Positions 1 to 9,982 of a stretch of DNA of 64,000 nucleotides are shown here, piece after piece. The stretch lies in the IMG/VR virus record IMGVR_UViG_3300042892_003815, positions 32,001-96,000 of that record, one strand, 5' to 3'. How positions within the stretch are numbered: position 1 is the stretch's first letter; every line of letters starts with the position of its first letter. The translations under genes and the position numbers were made by a program. This stretch comes from a virus. Below the pieces are notes generated by a model. It ran no database searches and was not told where the DNA came from. It was given only the letters and a program-made list of their open reading frames with translations.

Positions 1-709
1 CATTAAGTGATTTTATTACAAATAGTCCATCTTCACTACCGCCATTTATATCCGCTCTTAAAATAATAAATTTATCTTTTGAGATCACTTTAGATTCGAT
101 TAAAGTATAATTTGCAACATTTACAAGTTGTTTATCTCCATAGAAATATTTTGATATAGTTTCTGGATGAACAATTAAAGTAGTTCCTGGACCACGTCTA
201 TTTGTCGTCGCAATATAGTTGCCACAGCTAACTAATTTGGATATAATTCTTCTTTGATTGTACTCATAGTTCTCTTTATCTGTTTTACTAGTATCATTAG
301 TTAAAGTTAAATCAAATGAAGACATTCCATTATTTAAAACTGGCTGTCCTTGTGTAAAGTTTTCCATATAGTTTATTAGATCTGTATGTAAGTCTTCGTA
401 TGATGTAAAGTGTGTTGCTTGTATACTCATAGAAAATATCTTTAGACCCATAGTTGGTATTGTACTTTCATCAATTTTTGGTAAATCAACTCTTTTATTC
501 CAAGCAGATTCCTCTTTTTCACCAGTCATAATATCAATTGCGAGTTCACGATTTTGTGATTTTGCTTTTAATTGATCTTCAAGTGTATTTTCTTCTACAT
601 AATCTAGGTAAGAAATTTGTGCATTATTACCACTATGTTGTTTTTCAGAGAAATTACATAAGTACGTTATCTCTTTTTTTATTTCATCTTCGGTTTTAAA
701 ATGTATCAT
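1..709 (-). CDS. Major-capsid-like paralog, 3' end runs off the window (>236 aa; not in ORF track)
   Basis: Hand translation from ATG at 709 (MIHFKTEDEIKKE...) is open to position 1. It contains SFDLTL...NQRRIISKLVSCGNYIATTNRRGPGTTLIV, matching LFDLDT...VQRKLITKIAHASNYIATEGRVGPAQYLIT in the MCP at 24271. Confidence 0.7.
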   Translation of the reverse strand, partial: MIHFKTEDEIKKEITYLCNFSEKQHSGNNAQISYLDYVEENTLEDQLKAKSQNRELAIDIMTGEKEESAWNKRVDLPKIDESTIPTMGLKIFSMSIQATHFTSYEDLHTDLINYMENFTQGQPVLNNGMSSFDLTLTNDTSKTDKENYEYNQRRIISKLVSCGNYIATTNRRGPGTTLIVHPETISKYFYGDKQLVNVANYTLIESKVISKDKFIILRADINGGSEDGLFVIKSLN

Positions 710-1424
710 AGAAATTACTCATACCAATTTTTTGTGAACTCATATTTATAGATCTAACTAAATCTTCTTTGGATATTGTAGTCATTTGTTGAAGAATTTT
801 TTCATTTACTGGATTACTTTCAATTTTATTATGAAAGAAATGATATGCACTTATTGGTAATTCATTACTTGTTAAAAAGTTTTTAACTTTATGTGATAAA
901 AACTCCTCCGCACCACCTAATCCAATAAATGATTCATTCCAACCACCTATTTTCTGTATGGCGGATTTTCTAAAAATAGAAATTCCACTACACAAAGAAG
1001 TTGTTTTACCAGGTCTATTAATTCTTAATATGTCTTCATATTGAGTATTTCCCTCATTAGGATAAAGATCAATAATAGAATTATGTGGACTAACCATTTC
1101 ATATTTATCAAGTAATTGAATCGCTTCAATAAGTTTGTTTGGGTCTATTATAATGTCAGCATCACCAAATATTGCAATATTTGTATTTGAAGATTTTAAT
1201 CCAACATTATAACCCCAAGATTTGTTATATGGTTTATCAGTTTTGATAAAGATATGTTTGCATTTTAAAGATAGGTGTGATATTTTAGAGTGTTTATCTT
1301 GTTCGACAAGAATAACTTCTACGTTTGCAAACCCATTTATCCAATCTAGAACTCGTCTAAGATTATTTAGTCTATCTGGGCTGTGTCTATATCCAATTAT
1401 ATAGGTAAAAGAATGTGTATTCAT
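696..1424 (-). CDS. Glycosyltransferase family 2 / galactosyltransferase C-terminal-like
   Basis: EVILVEQD, YNKSWGYNVG, FGDADII (DxD), IGGWNESFIGLGGAE motifs. Confidence 0.8.
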   Translation of the reverse strand: MNTHSFTYIIGYRHSPDRLNNLRRVLDWINGFANVEVILVEQDKHSKISHLSLKCKHIFIKTDKPYNKSWGYNVGLKSSNTNIAIFGDADIIIDPNKLIEAIQLLDKYEMVSPHNSIIDLYPNEGNTQYEDILRINRPGKTTSLCSGISIFRKSAIQKIGGWNESFIGLGGAEEFLSHKVKNFLTSNELPISAYHFFHNKIESNPVNEKILQQMTTISKEDLVRSINMSSQKIGMSNFYDTF

Positions 1425-1662
1425 TACTAATTTATTATTTTTCTAATTATATTGTATTTTATCAATTAGTTTAGTGGGTTTATATAACCATTTTGTTGTG
1501 TTATAAGTAGCATTTGAGTAGTTGATAGTTGATTGTGGTTCCAACCCATTTTTTTACAATATTCTACTAAAAATTTTTCTCTTAAAAAAGAAATTTCTTG
1601 TTTTGTTTTAGTTTTCATAACTTTGATTTTTGTTTTATATATAATTTTACTATCTTTGTCGT

Positions 1663-2244
1663 ATGGTATTTAAAGTAAGAGGTATATTAGATTTCAGTCC
1701 AGAGGACAAAACTAAGAAGCATGTTAGTCAAGCTTCTTGGAAGAGAGTTGCTATGATCCGTACTAATTGTGAATTGGATAGATATTATGCTTGGTTTTTA
1801 AAGAAAAGATTTAGTCTTGAATTAAATAGTACCTTGAGAGGAACTCACGTTACTTTTATCAATGATAAAATGGATACTAAAACATTTGAACAGTTTGCAC
1901 AAATCTTTAATGGTAAAGAAATAGACTTTTATGTTGAAACTGAGCCAAGAAGTAATGGTGAGCACTGGTGGTTAAGAGTTCACTGCCCAGAAGCAGAAAG
2001 TATTAGAGAAGTTATGGGTTTATCAAGAGAACCATTCTACGGAATGCACCTAACATTAGGATATGCTCTAGTTAAATATCCAGAGGCTACTGCACTAAAT
2101 GATAGTCCACTTGCAATTAAAGTAAGAAAAGATTATATAGAACATTCTAAGTATATTTTAGAGTGTTGTAAAAGAAACGAATTGATTTCTAATGAACCAA
2201 GAAAACCATTAAGTGAATTAAAAGTAGTAGAATGGAAGAAATAG
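1663..2244 (+). CDS. 2H phosphoesterase family protein
   Basis: Two HxT motifs (GTHVTFI and GMHLTLG) at 2H-typical spacing. Confidence 0.65.
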   Translation: MVFKVRGILDFSPEDKTKKHVSQASWKRVAMIRTNCELDRYYAWFLKKRFSLELNSTLRGTHVTFINDKMDTKTFEQFAQIFNGKEIDFYVETEPRSNGEHWWLRVHCPEAESIREVMGLSREPFYGMHLTLGYALVKYPEATALNDSPLAIKVRKDYIEHSKYILECCKRNELISNEPRKPLSELKVVEWKK

Positions 2245-2693
2245 TAAATTATATTGAAAATGCATATGAGTTTGAAATTGTACCTTGTTCAATTCCTGCT
2301 AGTGATTTTCAATACATAAAAAGAAACTTTTATATTTGGATAATGAATAGTGTGAGTAAAAAACTATTCTACTTTTTAAGAGATAAAGTTTCACCTATAA
2401 AGTTTTTAGAAGAAAGACCTGATGGTACTATTTGGTTGAGAAAAAGAATGTCTGATAATAAGTTATGTGAAATTGAAGTTAAGACAATTTATCTATATGA
2501 CCATAGTAATGAGTATTTAATATCATTACATACTAAAGATGAATTATATCATCAGTGGAATTTACAAATTGATAAATTAAATACATCTTTGATTGATAAG
2601 TATATTTATCAAGTTCCAGAATTAAAAGAGTTTAATAGAAATAAAAAACTTGAAAATATATTAAATAGTCACGAGATAATAGAGTTTAAATAA
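2232..2693 (+). CDS. Hypothetical protein with C-terminal RNKKLENIL motif
   Basis: ORF overlaps the upstream gene and is followed by a terminator. Confidence 0.7.
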   Translation: MEEIVNYIENAYEFEIVPCSIPASDFQYIKRNFYIWIMNSVSKKLFYFLRDKVSPIKFLEERPDGTIWLRKRMSDNKLCEIEVKTIYLYDHSNEYLISLHTKDELYHQWNLQIDKLNTSLIDKYIYQVPELKEFNRNKKLENILNSHEIIEFK

Positions 2694-2718
2694 AAAAGAG
2701 GACTTAGTCCTCTTTTTT
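2692..2718. terminator. Bidirectional intrinsic terminator
   Basis: AAAAAAGAGGAC-TTA-GTCCTCTTTTTT between convergent genes. Confidence 0.85.
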
Positions 2719-3694
2719 ATGTTCTTGATTGATACCACATTTGTTTTGGTTCTTCTTTAGGTTCTTCCAATTGTTTTGGTTCTTCTTTAGGTTCTTCCTT
2801 TTTAGTAACTTCTCTTGGTATATCTGCAATATTATAACGAAACCATTTATTATTTGGATTTCTAAGATCTGCAGAACCTCTAAGTGTTTCAACATCATCA
2901 TACAAATGATTTACTTTTATACCATATTTTAATGCGTGTATACATCTTTGAAAGTTTCTAGGATCACCTAATAGTGAAAATATCTTCCAAATTTCTCCTT
3001 CAATTTGATCATCTATTAGACTTGGTAGTAATTTCTTAAACCTAAATGCACTATTTCTATCTGAGAATATACCATAATGATACATATTTACTGCTTCTCT
3101 ACCACCCATCCACATAGGTTTTGGATTAGATTGTGGTATTGACAGACTAATTGCCAAATCGGCAGTATCATCATAAAGTTCTTGTAGTGTGTATTGTTTT
3201 GGTGCATCTTCTTCATCCCATTCATCTGGATTATTCCAGCTTTCTAATCCATCATCCCAGTTAGACATATTTATTTTAAACGAAAATAAAGGAACATCCC
3301 ATCCTGGTAAAGAATTACCCATTTTTGATTTTGTTTCTTCTAATGGATCAAAATAAAATTGTATCGTGAAGTATAATTCTCTTTGTGCATCAGTCCAAAG
3401 ATCAAGCATTTCTTCTACTGATATATCTTCATATCTTGTATTGATATCATTTAATCCAGGTGTTTCTTTTCTATTTAAAATAAATTTTGCCTTAGGTTTT
3501 GTAAATTTAACCTTTCTAGATATATCACCATAGTTTTTAACGAGTTCTATATTATAAACACCCCATTCTTTTTCGGAACCATAATCTTTTAACTTTCTAC
3601 CTTTCTCTACTTTATGAGGCATATTCATAAATCTTTGTCCAGCATCTCTATAGATTCTCGGTGTTAGTTCTTCATAAGTTTTAATCCATTTCAT
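2717..3694 (-). CDS. Hypothetical protein with CTS-like N-terminus (MKWIKTYEE) and C-terminal EEPK repeats
   Basis: ORF track; AATATATA element just upstream. Confidence 0.8.
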   Translation of the reverse strand: MKWIKTYEELTPRIYRDAGQRFMNMPHKVEKGRKLKDYGSEKEWGVYNIELVKNYGDISRKVKFTKPKAKFILNRKETPGLNDINTRYEDISVEEMLDLWTDAQRELYFTIQFYFDPLEETKSKMGNSLPGWDVPLFSFKINMSNWDDGLESWNNPDEWDEEDAPKQYTLQELYDDTADLAISLSIPQSNPKPMWMGGREAVNMYHYGIFSDRNSAFRFKKLLPSLIDDQIEGEIWKIFSLLGDPRNFQRCIHALKYGIKVNHLYDDVETLRGSADLRNPNNKWFRYNIADIPREVTKKEEPKEEPKQLEEPKEEPKQMWYQSRT

Positions 3695-3745
3695 AAACTA
3701 TATATTATTTTTTAAACTCACATTTATATTCATCATATAATAAAT

Positions 3746-3895
3746 ATGAGAGAACTAACATTACAAGAAAGAGTACAACTATTTTGTACCAAGTATAAAA
3801 AACATATCTCTTATGGTATCGACTTGACACATGAGGACTTGGACAAACATGATATTGCTAGAAATATTGAAACTAATTTGAAAAAAGATATATAA
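3746..3895 (+). CDS. Small hypothetical protein (49 aa, MRELTLQERV...)
   Basis: Hand translation; preceded by TAAAC-N18-TATAAT at 3713-3741. Confidence 0.5.
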   Translation: MRELTLQERVQLFCTKYKKHISYGIDLTHEDLDKHDIARNIETNLKKDI

Positions 3896-3917
3896 CTAGA
3901 AAATAACAGATTATTAA

Positions 3918-4415
3918 ATGAGTGATATTACAACAATTGGTTACTTAGAAGATTTAGTTGAACAAGTTAAAAACTTGGATACTGCTGAGTTATCTGATAA
4001 ATTAAGTAAAGAAGAACAAGAGATAAAACAAGTAGTTGAAGAACAGAAAGTTTATTTTTGGATAAGGCTTTATTTGAAAGAAGAAGACTCTAACTTAGAG
4101 ATAGGGGATGATATTTCCATCAAATGGACACCAACTGGTGAAGAGTTAAAAATAAAGTTTATTTGTTTTGGTAAAACTGGATTACAGAAAGATTATGATG
4201 AAGAAATAGTGAATTATAATTCGGAAGATGATAAAAAAGTTCTTTGTCTAATGGTTGATGAGGGTCAAGTAAATTATAATGAAGATATTCCTTTTGTTAG
4301 AACTTTATTCAAAGTGGGTCGTCATTTTGAATATCAATTAGTTAAAAGATCTGAATTACTATTTGTCAATGATAGAAATGGTATGATTTTGGATTACTTT
4401 GATTGTGATTTTTAA
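3918..4415 (+). CDS. Hypothetical protein (acidic)
   Basis: ORF track; operon context. Confidence 0.75.
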   Translation: MSDITTIGYLEDLVEQVKNLDTAELSDKLSKEEQEIKQVVEEQKVYFWIRLYLKEEDSNLEIGDDISIKWTPTGEELKIKFICFGKTGLQKDYDEEIVNYNSEDDKKVLCLMVDEGQVNYNEDIPFVRTLFKVGRHFEYQLVKRSELLFVNDRNGMILDYFDCDF

Positions 4416-4418
4416 TTT

Positions 4419-4928
4419 ATGGATACAGACTCAATAGAATATTTATTATTATCTTACTTTAATGAAGTAATTTGGGTGGATAAAAATCCAGTCGAGTTTA
4501 CTATTAGTGAAACATTTAAAGAAAATGGAAATATAAAAACCTCAAATAAAGTAGAGGTTTATCAACTACAAGATTTGTTAGTAACTTCTTTAGAAGATAC
4601 TAACACTTTTTTATTTGAAATAATGTCTGATTGTCAGACAATAGAATTAGATTTTTATCCTAAAAATATATTATCTAAGTTATTCAATTTAAGGTCAAAT
4701 AAACAACTTAAAAAAGAATTAGATGGTCTTACATCAAATAACTGGATAATTACTTCTAATGAGATATACGATACTTATATCAAAGATTTAGGATATAATG
4801 TTTACTTATCAGACGAGTTTGAAAATCAAATTGTAATTGGTGAAAAATCATCTAAATTGATATTAAATAAAAATCTAAAAGAATTCTATTTAGATAAGTC
4901 TATGATTAAAGTAATAAAGTTAAAATAA
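4419..4928 (+). CDS. Hypothetical protein
   Basis: ORF track; followed by terminator. Confidence 0.75.
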   Translation: MDTDSIEYLLLSYFNEVIWVDKNPVEFTISETFKENGNIKTSNKVEVYQLQDLLVTSLEDTNTFLFEIMSDCQTIELDFYPKNILSKLFNLRSNKQLKKELDGLTSNNWIITSNEIYDTYIKDLGYNVYLSDEFENQIVIGEKSSKLILNKNLKEFYLDKSMIKVIKLK

Positions 4929-4956
4929 AAAAGTCGAGATAATTCTCGACTTTTTT
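4927..4956. terminator. Bidirectional intrinsic terminator
   Basis: AAAAAAGTCGAGA-TAAT-TCTCGACTTTTTT. Confidence 0.85.
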
Positions 4957-4957
4957 A

Positions 4958-5467
4958 TTATTCTATTCCTAATTGCTTTAGTTTAAGATCTCTTTTAACA
5001 GAATCATCAACTATAAGTTGAACTTGATTTTTCTCAACCCATTTATCATTCATAAATTGAATAATACCTGGTCTTCTTGTAGCATCTCTTCCAATTTGAT
5101 CTGTTGATGTGAAATCAACTGCTTTAACCTTAACTCTAGTCTCAGTCACTTCTAGAACTTCTAACTCATAAGTTACTTTAAAAGATTCTGGTTTCATTTT
5201 GTTACCATCTTTGTCAGTATCAGTATAAGTAAGTCCATAGTCTGGATAAATAACTTTATGACCTGGTTCGATTGCAATTAAATCTTTCTTAAAAGCATCA
5301 GCTTTATCTTTTTCTCTTTTAATCTTATCTTTTTCCTTTGAGACTTTATCTTTTTCGGCTCTTATCTCTTCGCATTTAGAGTAAAGTATAATATTGCCTA
5401 TTAGAGAACCTAAAAGACATAGTGATACTATAAATACTGCAGTCTGCAACATTAAAATCGCGGTCAT
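4958..5467 (-). CDS. Membrane-anchored hypothetical protein (N-terminal TM plus charged coiled coil)
   Basis: Hydrophobic residues 3-28, then KEKDKIKREKDK; C-terminal KRDLKLKQL motif. Confidence 0.75.
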   Translation of the reverse strand: MTAILMLQTAVFIVSLCLLGSLIGNIILYSKCEEIRAEKDKVSKEKDKIKREKDKADAFKKDLIAIEPGHKVIYPDYGLTYTDTDKDGNKMKPESFKVTYELEVLEVTETRVKVKAVDFTSTDQIGRDATRRPGIIQFMNDKWVEKNQVQLIVDDSVKRDLKLKQLGIE

Positions 5468-5481
5468 ATTTTTTTAATTTA

Positions 5482-5748
5482 TTAAAGTTCGTAATACATT
5501 TCACCATAAATTGGAGATCTTCTAATTATCTCCTTAATCAATTCAATTCCAATATCCTGAAGTAAATATAAGAATACTTGATCGTTCTCATTTTTGGTTA
5601 CCATTTCACCTTTTGCCAATTTTCTTATGTCTTCCTTAGTGAAGTAAACATCAGTTTTATTATAATCAATGCCATGTTTTGCCATTCCACTTTTACATAA
5701 GTTTGTAAATGTAATCTCATTAAATATAGTTCTTGTTTCGTTTTGCAT
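5482..5748 (-). CDS. Hypothetical protein
   Basis: ORF track; TAAAC-N18-TATAGT upstream. Confidence 0.7.
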   Translation of the reverse strand: MQNETRTIFNEITFTNLCKSGMAKHGIDYNKTDVYFTKEDIRKLAKGEMVTKNENDQVFLYLLQDIGIELIKEIIRRSPIYGEMYYEL

Positions 5749-5877
5749 ATTAAAATCTTTTTTAACTATATAGTTTTTTTATTAGTTTGTTTATTGATTA
5801 TGCAAATATATGAAAAAATATCTTTTTAGGTTATTATTTTTAATATATAAATCACAATAAATTATAATTATACTAAT

Positions 5878-7581
5878 ATGAAATGGATCAAAAATAGAAA
5901 TCTTTTTTTAGAAGCTAAATTACGTGATGTTATTCTACCAAGACAAGCAAAGGCAGTAATATCAAAATGGGGAGAAAAATACTTAGATTATGAAGAGGTA
6001 ACTCCTACAGATAAGATTATACAAGGAAGTTGGAAATTATCAGAAGAAGATAAGAATGAAGTATTAGGTGTTTTTTGTCAAACAGATATGCCACAACTTT
6101 TTACTTTATTTTCAAATTTACCAGAACAATTTGGTAATGTTTTAAATCAATCTATCAATACTGACTTATTTAGAGAAGATAAGGCTACATATGAAAGAAT
6201 TTTTGAAGGATTTGATATTAGAAAACCTAAATTAGATCAAATACTTGCTATATTCAGTTCAGTTTTTAGAAAACTATCAATTGCTGATACTATGGCAACT
6301 TCTATAATCTCTAAAGATGAATCAAATAGACCAATCAGAGATGAACAAGGTAATATGATTAGAGTTGAAAAGAAGGCAGGTGATTTAGTTTTTAGTAATA
6401 ACTTAATCAATATAAACTCTTTCATTGGTGATTATAATGACTTAGTTGATAAATGTATTGATGCAAATGTTGAAGGATGGTCTGAAACGGATAAAATGGC
6501 ATCATCAAACTTATTTTCAGAAAACAGAAACTTAGGTAGTTTTATAAACTTTGCTGCTACAAATGAGAATACACAATATAAATTAGACTTTGAGATTTTT
6601 AACAAAGATATTTTCCTAAAAATCAGTCATAATCCAAAAGACATTTTAAATATGTCTATTTCTAAATTTTACTCTTCTTGTCAACACTTATATAGTGGTG
6701 GATATAGTTCTAAAGTTTTGGCAAATGTATTTGATCCGAATAGTATACCGGCTTTTTTAATTTTTGAAACTCCTATTTTCTGGGAAGGTGAAAAAATATC
6801 AGAACATTTACCATTATCTAGAATGATTATTAGAAATTTAGAATCATTTGAAGAAAATGCTACTACAAAATTATATTTTGATAGAGCTTATCCAGATAGA
6901 ATGCAAAGTAAATTTGAAGAAATTATCACTAAATATAGTGGAAATGTAAGTACTGGTCAAAGAGGTGATAGATATCTATATACACCAGATTTAGATTTTG
7001 AAGATTCATTAGAAAGTCCATATCAAGATAAACTATCACTTACTCAAGGTAAGATGATTGGTAAAAATATCAAAACATTATATTTAAGTCAGATAGGAAA
7101 TTGGAAAAATGTTAGAATTGATCCTAATGCACGAATAAAAGAATTAATAATCGAAACTACTGAAATACCTGATAGTTTGCTAACCTTAAATATTACTTTA
7201 GATTGGATTAAGTTTAAATTTATTGAAATACATACTTTAAAAGACTTTGATAATATCAAAACAACAAATATAGCATTTGATAAATGTAAATTCTCTAATG
7301 ATGTATTACAAGATATTAATAAATCAAATCCAAATATTACAAAATTACAAATAATTAGTTGTGATAATGTTGGATCTTTTGATTTCTCTACTTTCAAAGC
7401 ATTAGAAGAGTTACAAGTAATATATACTTTAGATTCTGCAGAAGATTTGAAATCAATTGTATCAGAAAACTTGAAGAAATTGATAATTTCTGGAGACTTA
7501 GTAACTAAAGAAAGTAAATCAATAATATCATCTCTTAAAAGTAAAGGATTAAAAATAGAAATAGTTGGACCAGTAATATGA
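5878..7581 (+). CDS. Hypothetical protein: CTS-like N-terminus, SC(Q/M)-family domain, LRR-like C-terminus
   Basis: MKWIKNRNLFLE; SSCQHL...SRMIIR...YFDRAY; C-terminal LxxLxI repeats. Confidence 0.75.
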   Translation: MKWIKNRNLFLEAKLRDVILPRQAKAVISKWGEKYLDYEEVTPTDKIIQGSWKLSEEDKNEVLGVFCQTDMPQLFTLFSNLPEQFGNVLNQSINTDLFREDKATYERIFEGFDIRKPKLDQILAIFSSVFRKLSIADTMATSIISKDESNRPIRDEQGNMIRVEKKAGDLVFSNNLININSFIGDYNDLVDKCIDANVEGWSETDKMASSNLFSENRNLGSFINFAATNENTQYKLDFEIFNKDIFLKISHNPKDILNMSISKFYSSCQHLYSGGYSSKVLANVFDPNSIPAFLIFETPIFWEGEKISEHLPLSRMIIRNLESFEENATTKLYFDRAYPDRMQSKFEEIITKYSGNVSTGQRGDRYLYTPDLDFEDSLESPYQDKLSLTQGKMIGKNIKTLYLSQIGNWKNVRIDPNARIKELIIETTEIPDSLLTLNITLDWIKFKFIEIHTLKDFDNIKTTNIAFDKCKFSNDVLQDINKSNPNITKLQIISCDNVGSFDFSTFKALEELQVIYTLDSAEDLKSIVSENLKKLIISGDLVTKESKSIISSLKSKGLKIEIVGPVI

Positions 7582-9356
7582 AAAATCTAAAATATATAAA
7601 ATTATTTGAAGCATTTGATGCAAGAACTCTTAATGTAACTTTAAAACATATTAAGGGAAAAGATGATAAAAAGATCTTTTTATCAAATCTAAAAACAGTA
7701 TGTCAAAAATTTGATATACCTGAATCTAAACTTAGTGATGACTTATTTACTTATTTGCCTTTTAACAAAGCGTTGAAATTCAACAATGTTGTTTCTGATG
7801 ACCAACCTTGTGATGCAGTAGGTGAATTTGTTCATGGTGAAAGATGTGACAATGGTAAAGTAAGAAGACCTTGGGGTAGAGGATTTAGAGTTGTTGATTG
7901 TGGTACTTGTAAAGGTACTGGTATCAAACCTAAAAGATCGGATTTATCTTTACTTAAATTTTGGTTTAATTCAGAAGGTAAATATATTGCAACAACTGCA
8001 GTAGATGGTATTTATAGGGCATCAACTAATACTGCAGCTACAACATTCTCACAAAATATTGCAGATTATGATGTAGTTAAAAGAATTCCTAAGACACAGA
8101 TAAAAAATCAATTAGAAACTGGTGATATAATAGCATTAGATCTTGTGGATGTTCATTGGAATGGAACAACTTATAATGCAGAGACACAGATTGTTGCATA
8201 TGTTTATAAAGAAGTGAGATATGCTAATGAGATTAAAGTATTTGCAATTCAAAATAGAAGAGGAAGATATCCTAGACCTTGGAATAGTGACTGGAGAACT
8301 ATTGGTAATGAGTCTTGGACTCTTACACCTTCTAAATGTAATAATATAACTTTGTTGAAAGCTAAAGCTAATGCGGGTGGTCAAGATCCGTATGGATATA
8401 ATACATTATTTGATATGTCTAACTTCCGTGTTAGACCAGTTCAAGTTACTTCTACATTAAAAGATGCAAACTTTGCAATTATATTAGACTTCGCTAAATT
8501 AGATAAGTTAGCAGTTGTAAAGAAAACAGAAGTAAAATCTGGTAGAACTGAATCAAGAGCAGGTGCAACAGCACTTATATCTAATGATGATATAAAGAAA
8601 GCAAATATTAAAAGATATTTTGATAAAATTGCAACTGGTTTTAAACTAACTGGTGAATTACAAGATGTTAGTAAATTTACTAGTATGGCGGTTAGAGTAC
8701 TTGGTGGTAGATATTCTATGTACTTCTTAAATAGTTCTGCAAGTAGTAATGAAACAGATTCTTTATCAACTATCGCAGGTTATATCTTTAAGATGATTAA
8801 AAAAATAAAAACTGCAGAGAAGGCAGATATTCGATCTGCAGAAGATGGATTAGTAGGAACTGCAGTTGAAGATTTAAAAACAGATAGGGATTTTATAGAT
8901 ATTGTTACTATTATTAATGATAAGTATAAAAGTTTATTAGATAACTCAATTAAAAAAGTAGATAGTACAACTAGATTCCTTAAACAACTTAAAGATAAAG
9001 TTAAGACAGATAATAATGAAGAGTGGGTAGAAAAAGATCTTAGAATATTATCTAATATAGATAACCTATCTACAGAAATCAATAAATATATCTCATCAAT
9101 TAAAGTAGACACTTTAGAAGATGTTGAGTTTCTAATACAGGAAATTTATTCTATAAAAAGTTTATTAAGATCTGATAGAATGAGTGTATCAAACCTAAAT
9201 AGTTTCTTTGATAGAATGCGTCCAGGTAGTTATTATAATGAAGTTCGTTATTTATACCCTGCACTTACAGATAGAAGAACATACTATGGTAATATAAATA
9301 ATGGTATTCAATCTATAATTACAATTATTAGAAAAAAACTAGCAATGTTAGACTAA
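7578..9356 (+). CDS. Hypothetical protein: CTS-like N-terminus, DnaJ-like Zn motif
   Basis: LKYIKLFEAF; C..RCDNG...DCGTCKGTG. Confidence 0.75.
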   Translation: MKNLKYIKLFEAFDARTLNVTLKHIKGKDDKKIFLSNLKTVCQKFDIPESKLSDDLFTYLPFNKALKFNNVVSDDQPCDAVGEFVHGERCDNGKVRRPWGRGFRVVDCGTCKGTGIKPKRSDLSLLKFWFNSEGKYIATTAVDGIYRASTNTAATTFSQNIADYDVVKRIPKTQIKNQLETGDIIALDLVDVHWNGTTYNAETQIVAYVYKEVRYANEIKVFAIQNRRGRYPRPWNSDWRTIGNESWTLTPSKCNNITLLKAKANAGGQDPYGYNTLFDMSNFRVRPVQVTSTLKDANFAIILDFAKLDKLAVVKKTEVKSGRTESRAGATALISNDDIKKANIKRYFDKIATGFKLTGELQDVSKFTSMAVRVLGGRYSMYFLNSSASSNETDSLSTIAGYIFKMIKKIKTAEKADIRSAEDGLVGTAVEDLKTDRDFIDIVTIINDKYKSLLDNSIKKVDSTTRFLKQLKDKVKTDNNEEWVEKDLRILSNIDNLSTEINKYISSIKVDTLEDVEFLIQEIYSIKSLLRSDRMSVSNLNSFFDRMRPGSYYNEVRYLYPALTDRRTYYGNINNGIQSIITIIRKKLAMLD

Positions 9357-9974
9357 ATGAAACACTTGAGAATATTTGATAATTTTCGAGATAAACAAAC
9401 ATTGATAATTGTCGATGTTCAAAAGTCTTTTAGAAAGTTTTTTACTGAAATGTACTTACATGAATTAAAAAAATATTGTAAGAAGTTTGAATCTGTTTAT
9501 CAAATTTGGGATAATCACGTCGATGGTAAAAATGTGGATAAAGATTATCTATATGATGAGAATCCAGATATTCCAGTTCATAAAGACTTATATCGTTTCC
9601 CTAATCAAAAGGATTTAATAGAGAAAAGATACAACTATGATGTAGATGTAGATTTTTATAAAAATATTCTATCTAAAGATGTTTATGAAGATCTAAAGGA
9701 AAAAGAATCTAATAAAGAATTAAAAAGAGGTGATACATTCAATACTAAGGAAGGCACATTTATAATTTATATTGGCAACAATCACAAATGGTATCATTTA
9801 CCAAAGAAATTACAGGAATTATTCACTGAACTAAAAGGACAAGAAGTTGTTATGGTTGGTGGTTCTGACTCAGAGTGTTATTTAGATGTTGAAACTGCTG
9901 CTAAATCATTTGGTGTTAAGATAAAAAGAGATTTTAAATATATCTACTCGGCTAATCATTGTCCAATAAAATAA
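9357..9974 (+). CDS. Isochorismatase/cysteine-hydrolase-like protein with CTS-like N-terminus
   Basis: LIIVDVQKSF and VGGSDSECY motifs; starts MKHLRIFDNF. Confidence 0.65.
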   Translation: MKHLRIFDNFRDKQTLIIVDVQKSFRKFFTEMYLHELKKYCKKFESVYQIWDNHVDGKNVDKDYLYDENPDIPVHKDLYRFPNQKDLIEKRYNYDVDVDFYKNILSKDVYEDLKEKESNKELKRGDTFNTKEGTFIIYIGNNHKWYHLPKKLQELFTELKGQEVVMVGGSDSECYLDVETAAKSFGVKIKRDFKYIYSANHCPIK

Positions 9975-9982
9975 TAATAAAT

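Noticed and set aside
4958-5467. Possible i-spanin
   Set aside because: It has a TM plus coiled coil but no nested or adjacent o-spanin lipoprotein and is not linked to the endolysin.
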